DNA from: Acidimicrobiia bacterium
GTDB taxonomy: Bacteria; Actinomycetota; Acidimicrobiia; Acidimicrobiales; VFJN01
DNA length: 64,000 bases
Assembly (NCBI GenBank): GCA_047459075.1
Contig: VSCH01000005.1
Location: 29,693-93,692 of the forward strand
Reading direction: 5' to 3'
The notes under the pieces were generated by a model. The model saw only the letters and a program-made list of their open reading frames with translations. It did no database searches and was not told the DNA's origin. Positions 58,806 through 64,000 of this stretch are shown piece by piece (within the stretch, counting starts at the first letter, position 1; each line of letters opens with the position of its first letter). The translations under genes were made by a program, and so were the position numbers.

Positions 58806-60217
58806 CCACCCGACCCACCGACGACCGGTCCGGCCGCACGCGAGGGCCGGGCGACGCCCGCCGCGAGCTGCTGAGCGGCTGGGGGCGCAACCCGTGGTCC
58901 GCGGCCCACGTCGTCCGGCCCACGAGCCCGGACGAGCTGGCCATGGCCGTGAAGTCGGCCGGACCCCGCGGCGCGATCGTGCGAGGGCTGGGCCGCTCCT
59001 ACGGCGACCAGGCGATCAACGCCGGCGGCCTGGTCGTGGACGCCACCGCGGTCTCCGGGCTGCTCGAGCTCGACGAGGAGGCCGGCACCGCCCGGGTCCT
59101 GGGCGGCACGTCCCTCAAGCAGCTGCTCCACCAGATCGTCCCCCAGGGCTGGTTCGTGCAGGTCACGCCCGGCACCAGCAACGTGACGGTCGGCGGGGCC
59201 ATCGCCAACGACGTCCACGGCAAGGGACACCACGCCACCGGCACGTTCGGCGCCCACGTCCACTCGATGGTGCTCGCCCTGCCGGACGGCACCCGCCGGG
59301 TGCTGACACCGACCGAGACGCCGCGCGAGTTCTGGGCCACCTGCGGCGGCCTGGGGCTGACCGGCACCGTCCTCGAGGCGACGATCGGCCTGCGCCGGAT
59401 CGAGACGAGCCTGCTCAAGGTCGACACCGACCGGGTGCCCGACCTCGACTCCCTGCTGGCGCTGCTGCTCGAGGGCGGGCGGAAGTACCGCTACTCGGTC
59501 GCCTGGGTCGACTTCCTGGCCCGGGGCCGGTCGCTCGGCCGGGCGGTCGTCGACCAGGGCGACTTCGCGACGCTCGACGACCTGCCGGCGGGCGACCGGC
59601 GGCGGCGCGACCCCCTCGCCTACCGGCCGCTCCCCTCGGCGCCGTCGCTGCCGGTGGCGCCCAACTCGCTGCTCAACCGGGCCTCGATCGCCGCCTTCAA
59701 CGAGTTCTGGTACCGGAAGGCCCCCAAGCGCCGGCGGGACCACCTCACCACCATCGACAAGTTCTGGTACCCGCTCGACATGGTCGACAGCTGGCCCCGC
59801 ATGTACGGCCGGCGCGGCTTCCTGCAGTGGCAGTGCCTCGTGCCCTTCGGCGCCGAGGAGACCCTGCGGGAGATCGTCGAGGCGATCGCCAACCACCCGG
59901 CGCCCAGCTTCCTGTCGGTGCTCAAGTACTTCGGGCAGGCCAACCCGGGCCCGCTGTCGTTCCCGGCCCCCGGCTGGACGCTCAGCATCGACGTGCCCAC
60001 CGACGTACCCGGCCTCGCCCCGCTCCTCGACCGGCTGGACGAGCGGGTGGTCGAGGTCGGCGGCCGCATCTACCTGGCCAAGGACAGCCGGATGCGCCCC
60101 GAGCACCTGCCGCTCATGTACCCGCGGATCGACGAGTGGCGCGAGGTGCGCGACGAGCTCGACCCCGAGCGCCGGCTGAACAGCGACCTGGCCCGCCGGC
60201 TGCGCCTGCTCGGCTGA
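58802..60217 (+). CDS. dprE1: FAD-dependent decaprenylphosphoryl-beta-D-ribose 2'-oxidase-like
   Basis: 471 aa from the GTG at 58802 (GTGA overlap). Motifs: GLGRSYGD, VTVGGAIANDVHGK, FWYRK and YLAKDSR. The position of the mycobacterial Cys387 motif reads GWTLSIDVP. Confidence 0.88.
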   Translation: MTTRPTDDRSGRTRGPGDARRELLSGWGRNPWSAAHVVRPTSPDELAMAVKSAGPRGAIVRGLGRSYGDQAINAGGLVVDATAVSGLLELDEEAGTARVLGGTSLKQLLHQIVPQGWFVQVTPGTSNVTVGGAIANDVHGKGHHATGTFGAHVHSMVLALPDGTRRVLTPTETPREFWATCGGLGLTGTVLEATIGLRRIETSLLKVDTDRVPDLDSLLALLLEGGRKYRYSVAWVDFLARGRSLGRAVVDQGDFATLDDLPAGDRRRRDPLAYRPLPSAPSLPVAPNSLLNRASIAAFNEFWYRKAPKRRRDHLTTIDKFWYPLDMVDSWPRMYGRRGFLQWQCLVPFGAEETLREIVEAIANHPAPSFLSVLKYFGQANPGPLSFPAPGWTLSIDVPTDVPGLAPLLDRLDERVVEVGGRIYLAKDSRMRPEHLPLMYPRIDEWREVRDELDPERRLNSDLARRLRLLG

Positions 60218-60272
60218 CCCGGCCGGGCCCACCGGCGGCGGCGACCCGGCGGGGGTCGGGCGGGGGCGTCCG

Positions 60273-61127
60273 TCAGCGGGTCAGCGCGGCGACGAGGCGG
60301 TCGAGGCTCTCGCGGTAGTGCGGCAGCAGGGGGAACCCGGCCGCCCGCAGGGCCGCGTTGTCGAGCACCGAGTTGGCGGGGCGGGGGGCCGGGCGGGGCG
60401 GGTCGAGCTCCGCGGTCGTGATCGGTCGCACCCTCGCGGGGTCGTGGCCGGCGCTCTCCAGGATCGCCTGCACGAACTCGTACCAGCTCACGGCGCCCTG
60501 GTTGGTGACGTGGAAGGTGCCGGGCACCCGGGCGGCGACGAGCCGCCGCAGCGCGACGGCGAGGTCGGCGGTGAAGGTCGGGTGGCCCCGCTGGTCGTCG
60601 ACGAAGGCCAGCTCGGGCCGCTCGGCGGCCAGCCGCAGCACGGTCTTGACCATGTTGTTGCCGTGCTCGCCGCACACCCACGAGACCCGCACGACCGTGG
60701 CCCCCGGCGCGTGGGCCGCGACCTCCAGCTCGCCACCCCACTTCGAGCGCCCGTAGACCGACTGCGGGTTGGGCCGGTCCCACTCGACGTAGGGGGTCTC
60801 CTTGGTGCCGTCGAAGACGTAGTCGGTCGAGACGTAGCAGAGGTGGGCGCCCACCCGGCGACTGGCGTCGGCCACCCACCGGGTGCCGAGGGCGTTCACC
60901 CGGTAGGCCCGCTCGGGGTCGCCCTCGCAGGCGTCGACCGCCGTCCACGCCGCCGCGTGCACGACGACGTCGGGGCGCACGGACGTGATCGCCTGGTACA
61001 CCTGGTCGCGGTCGCCGACGTCCAGGTCGGCGTGGGTGGCGGCGACGACGTCGTCGCCCTGCGCGGCGCAGTGGGCGTGCAGGTCGCGGCCGAGCTGGCC
61101 ACCGGCACCGGTGACGAGGACCTTCAC
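60273..61127 (-). CDS. rmlD: dTDP-4-dehydrorhamnose reductase
   Basis: 284 aa with VTGAGGQLG, STDYVFDG and VYGRSKWGGE. Confidence 0.9.
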   Translation of the reverse strand: MKVLVTGAGGQLGRDLHAHCAAQGDDVVAATHADLDVGDRDQVYQAITSVRPDVVVHAAAWTAVDACEGDPERAYRVNALGTRWVADASRRVGAHLCYVSTDYVFDGTKETPYVEWDRPNPQSVYGRSKWGGELEVAAHAPGATVVRVSWVCGEHGNNMVKTVLRLAAERPELAFVDDQRGHPTFTADLAVALRRLVAARVPGTFHVTNQGAVSWYEFVQAILESAGHDPARVRPITTAELDPPRPAPRPANSVLDNAALRAAGFPLLPHYRESLDRLVAALTR

Positions 61128-61134
61128 CGCGCCG

Positions 61135-62100
61135 TCACAGCCCCGCCCGCTCCTTGAGCGGGCGCCACCACCACTCGTTGTTGCGGTACCACTCGACCGT
61201 CGCCTCGAGCGCCTCGTCGAGGGTGTGCTTCTTGCGCCAGCCGAGGGCGGTCACCTTGTCGATGTTCACCGAGTAGCGGCGGTCGTGGCCCGGGCGGTCG
61301 GGCACGTAGTCGACGCGCTCCTCCCCCACCCCGAAGATGGCGAGCAGCTTGTCGACCAGCACCCGGTTGGGCGTCTCGTTGCCGGCGCCGATGTTGTAGA
61401 TCTCACCGACCTCGCCCTTCTCGAGGACGAGGCCGACGGCGGCGCAGTGGTCCTCGACGTAGAGCCAGTCGCGCTGGTTGAGCCCGTCGCCGTAGAGCGG
61501 GATGTTCTTGCCCTCGATGAGGTTGGTCGTGAACAGCGGCAGGGCCTTCTCCGGGTACTGGTAGGGCCCGAAGTTGTTCGTGCACCGGGTGACGATGACC
61601 GGCAGCCCGTAGGTCGTGTGGTAGGCGAGGGCGATCAGGTCGGAGCCGGCCTTCGACGCCGAGTACGGCGAGCGGGGCTCCAGCCGGTCGGTCTCGAGCG
61701 ACGACCCCTCCTCGACCGAGCCGTAGACCTCGTCGGTGCCGATGTGGATGACCCGCGACACCTCGAGGCGGCGGGCGACGTCCATGACCACGTTGGTGCC
61801 GAAGCAGTTGGTGCGCACGAACTCGTCGGGGCCAGCGATCGACCGGTCGACGTGGCTCTCGGCCGCGAAGTGGACGACGACGTCGTGGCCGGCCATGGCC
61901 TCCTCGAGCGTCGTGCGGTCGCAGATGTCGCCCTTGACGAACGAGAACCGCGGGTCGTCCTCGACGTCCCGCAGCGTCGACAGGTTCCCCGCGTAGGTCA
62001 GGGCGTCGTAGACGGTCACCTCGTCGTCCGTGTTGGCCAGGACCCAGCGGACGTAGTTCGAGCCGATGAACCCGGCCCCACCGGTGACGAACTGCTTCAT
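61135..62100 (-). CDS. rmlB: dTDP-glucose 4,6-dehydratase
   Basis: 321 aa with TGGAGFIGSN, TDEVYG, SPYSASKAGSD and NNFGPYQYPEK. AGGAG Shine-Dalgarno sequence. Confidence 0.95.
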   Translation of the reverse strand: MKQFVTGGAGFIGSNYVRWVLANTDDEVTVYDALTYAGNLSTLRDVEDDPRFSFVKGDICDRTTLEEAMAGHDVVVHFAAESHVDRSIAGPDEFVRTNCFGTNVVMDVARRLEVSRVIHIGTDEVYGSVEEGSSLETDRLEPRSPYSASKAGSDLIALAYHTTYGLPVIVTRCTNNFGPYQYPEKALPLFTTNLIEGKNIPLYGDGLNQRDWLYVEDHCAAVGLVLEKGEVGEIYNIGAGNETPNRVLVDKLLAIFGVGEERVDYVPDRPGHDRRYSVNIDKVTALGWRKKHTLDEALEATVEWYRNNEWWWRPLKERAGL

Positions 62101-62239
62101 GCGAACTCCTGGGCGGACGTGGTCGGGCGGCGCACGCCCGTGCGGTCACGGACGGGGCGTCTCACGGGTGAGCCATTGTGGCAGCCGGGTGCCGGAGCCC
62201 ACACACCCCGGACGGCGGGCGCGCCTCGCCGGTCGGGCC

Positions 62240-63394
62240 TCAGGCCACCGGGAGGCCGAGGTCGCGGGCGATGACCAGGCGCTGGATCTCGCTCGTCCCC
62301 TCGCCGATCTCCAGGATCTTGGCGTCCCGGTAGTGGCGGGCCACCGGCGTCTCGTCCATGAAGCCGTAGCCGCCGAAGATCTGCGTCGCCGCCCGGGTGG
62401 CGGTCACGGCCGCCTCGGTGGCGTACAGCTTGGCCATCGCCGCCTGGCGCTTGAAGGGGCGGCCGGTGTCCCGCAGCCACGCGGCCTGGTACGTCAGCAG
62501 GGCGGCCGTCTCGGCCATGACCGCCAGGTCGGCGCAGGAGAAGGCGACCGCCTGGTTGGACCCGATGGGGCGGCCGAAGGCGTGCCGCTCCCCCGCGTAG
62601 GCCACCGACTGCTCGAGGCAGCAGCGGATGACGCCGACGGCGAGCGCGGCGATGGCGATGCGGCCCTCGTCGAGGATCTCCAGGAACTGGGCGTAGCCCC
62701 GGCCCCGCTGCCCCAGCAGGTGGTCCTCGGGCACCCGGCAGCCGCTGAAGGTCAGCCCGTGGGTGTCGGAGGCGTGCCAGCCCATCTTGCGGTAGGGCGG
62801 CTGGACGGTCAGGCCGGGCGTGCCGGCGGGCACGACGATGGTCGAGATCTCGGGCCGGCCGGCGCCCTCGCCGGTGCGGGCCGTGATCGTCACGAGCGAG
62901 GTGATCTCGGTGCCGGAGTTGGTGATGAACGCCTTCTCGCCGTCGATCACCCACTCGCCGCCCTCCAGCCGGGCGGTCGTGCGGGTGCCGCCGGCGTCGC
63001 TGCCGGCGTCGGGCTCGGTCAGCCCGAAGGCGGCCAGGGCCCGGCCGGCGCAGAGGTCCGGCAGCCACCGCTGGCGCTGCTCCTCGGTGCCGAACCGGTG
63101 GATCGGGCTGGCGCCCAGGCCGACGCCGGCCTCGAGCGTGATGGCCAGCGACTGGTCGACCCGGGCGATCTCCTCGATGGCGATGCACAGGGTGGTGAGG
63201 TCGGCGCCGCCGCCCCCGTACTCCTCCGGGAAGGGGATGCCGAACAGGCCCAGCTCGCCCATCCGCCGGACGACGTCGACCGGGAAGGTGTGCTCGGCGT
63301 CCCAGCGCTCGGCGTGCGGGGCGATCTCGCTCTCGGCGAAGTCCCGCACCACGCGCCGGAGCGCCTCCTGCTCCTCGGTGAACTCCACGTGCAC
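62240..63394 (-). CDS. acyl-CoA dehydrogenase
   Basis: 384 aa with GLTEPDAGSD and QIFGGYGF, and a catalytic Glu near the C-terminus (IGEGTSEIQR). Confidence 0.93.
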   Translation of the reverse strand: MHVEFTEEQEALRRVVRDFAESEIAPHAERWDAEHTFPVDVVRRMGELGLFGIPFPEEYGGGGADLTTLCIAIEEIARVDQSLAITLEAGVGLGASPIHRFGTEEQRQRWLPDLCAGRALAAFGLTEPDAGSDAGGTRTTARLEGGEWVIDGEKAFITNSGTEITSLVTITARTGEGAGRPEISTIVVPAGTPGLTVQPPYRKMGWHASDTHGLTFSGCRVPEDHLLGQRGRGYAQFLEILDEGRIAIAALAVGVIRCCLEQSVAYAGERHAFGRPIGSNQAVAFSCADLAVMAETAALLTYQAAWLRDTGRPFKRQAAMAKLYATEAAVTATRAATQIFGGYGFMDETPVARHYRDAKILEIGEGTSEIQRLVIARDLGLPVA

Positions 63395-63401
63395 CCCGGC
63401 G

Positions 63402-63407
63402 ATGCTA
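63402..63407 (-). promoter_or_regulatory. candidate -10 hexamer (TAGCAT), leaderless promoter of the acyl-CoA dehydrogenase gene
   Basis: TAGCAT on the minus strand, 7 nt before the GTG at 63394. Confidence 0.45.
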
Positions 63408-63447
63408 GGGGTCGCCCTGCCCCGGTCGCCCCACCGCCCGCCCGGCC

Positions 63448-63453
63448 TATCCT
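63448..63453 (+). promoter_or_regulatory. candidate -10 hexamer (TATCCT) 8 nt before ATG 63462
   Basis: Same geometry as the other leaderless candidates. The ATG opens a 16-codon ORF, not the PabB-like frame. Confidence 0.35.
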
Positions 63454-63461
63454 CCGGGCCG

Positions 63462-63512
63462 ATGGCGCCCGCCCCCTGCCCCCGACCCGGCGGCGGGACG
63501 GCGCGCTCGTGA
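63462..63512 (+). CDS. possible 16-codon leaderless upstream ORF (MAPAPCPRPGGGTARS)
   Basis: The ATG sits at leaderless distance from TATCCT. Its TGA (63510..63512) overlaps the GTG at 63509 of the next gene (GTGA). Confidence 0.25.
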   Translation: MAPAPCPRPGGGTARS

Positions 63513-64000
63513 GCCCGGACGCCGGCGCCCCGCTCGCCGTGGTGGGCGGCCGGCTGCTGACCGGGCTGGTCGACGTCACCTCCGACCTCGCGGCGCTGGA
63601 CGGCGAGGGCCTGTGGGCGGTCGTGCTGCCCTACGACGGCGAGCCGGTGCTGGCCCGGTTCGCCGAGTCCCGGCCGGCCCGGCCGTGGCCGGGGCCGCCG
63701 TGGCGGGGGCCGGCGCCGGACGCGTGGTCGACCTCGCTCGACCGCGACGCGTACTGCGCGGGTGTCGAGGCCATCCGGGCGGCGATCGCGGCCGGCGACG
63801 TCTACCAGGTCAACCTCACCCGCCGCCTGTCCGCCCCGCTGCCGCCCGGCGCGGACGTCGCCGCGCTGGGCGCCGCCCTCGGTCGGGGCAACCCCGCGCC
63901 CTACGCGGCCGTCGTGCGGCTGCCGGCGGTGGGCTGCGAGGTCGCCTCGGCCTCGCCCGAGCGGTTCCTGCGCCGGGACGGCGACCTCGTGGCGTCCTCG
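63509..64000 (+). CDS. chorismate-binding enzyme, aminodeoxychorismate synthase component I-like (5' partial, runs off the window)
   Basis: My own translation: VSPDAGAPLAVVGGRLL ... DRDAYCAGVEAIRAAIAAGDVYQVNLTRRL ... SASPERFLRRDGD. This ORF is not in the supplied track because no stop lies inside the window. Confidence 0.7.
   Translation, partial: MSPDAGAPLAVVGGRLLTGLVDVTSDLAALDGEGLWAVVLPYDGEPVLARFAESRPARPWPGPPWRGPAPDAWSTSLDRDAYCAGVEAIRAAIAAGDVYQVNLTRRLSAPLPPGADVAALGAALGRGNPAPYAAVVRLPAVGCEVASASPERFLRRDGDLVASS

Overview
Very GC-rich actinobacterial chromosome segment, above 70% GC by eye (not computed). The protein flavour suggests an Acidimicrobiia-like lineage, but that is inference only. 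I support about 60 CDS and one tmRNA. I saw no rRNA, no tRNA outside the tmRNA tRNA-like domain, no CRISPR array, no IS element and no integrase. Most long ORFs in the six-frame track are antisense or out-of-frame artefacts of the GC content (Arg/Gly/Ala/Pro-rich). Positions 1-18300 are housekeeping: F420-type LLM oxidoreductase, cysM, mec, smpB, bioD, bioF, ssrA, amidohydrolase, EamA transporter, P450, ftsEX, prfB, secA, comF and ahcY. Positions 18400-62100 are dominated by cell-envelope glycan genes. These include an asymmetric ABC exporter pair, a molybdopterin oxidoreductase and GT39. They also include PMI, Trm112, PMM, a fused GtrA-GT2 and an overlapping 960-aa GT-C-like membrane protein. 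Next come CPBP and FtsH, then an operon of a 1117-aa GT2-membrane protein, a four-module secreted protein (DUF5719-like) and a thioredoxin-like protein. After that there are GT4, rmd-like, gmd, cofD and cofE, a catalytically dead SDR coupled to manC, a His-motif membrane protein and three more GT4 genes. The block ends with fcl, uxs, ugd, a dprE2 / phosphoribosyltransferase / dprE1 operon, rmlD and rmlB. The window closes with an acyl-CoA dehydrogenase and a partial PabB-like gene. From memory, the backbone is collinear with M. tuberculosis Rv3240c-Rv3266c, which helps separate conserved core from lineage-specific insertions. Two recurring sequence-level patterns stand out. Fourteen operon-leading genes have a TAnnnT hexamer 6-10 nt before the start codon (leaderless-type promoters). 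Many gene junctions are 4-nt GTGA/ATGA start-stop overlaps. I found no clear-cut novel defence or mobile system. The most interesting candidates are the uncharacterised envelope-glycosylation modules, the decaprenyl-phospho-arabinose-type operon inside a multi-sugar locus, and the dead SDR.
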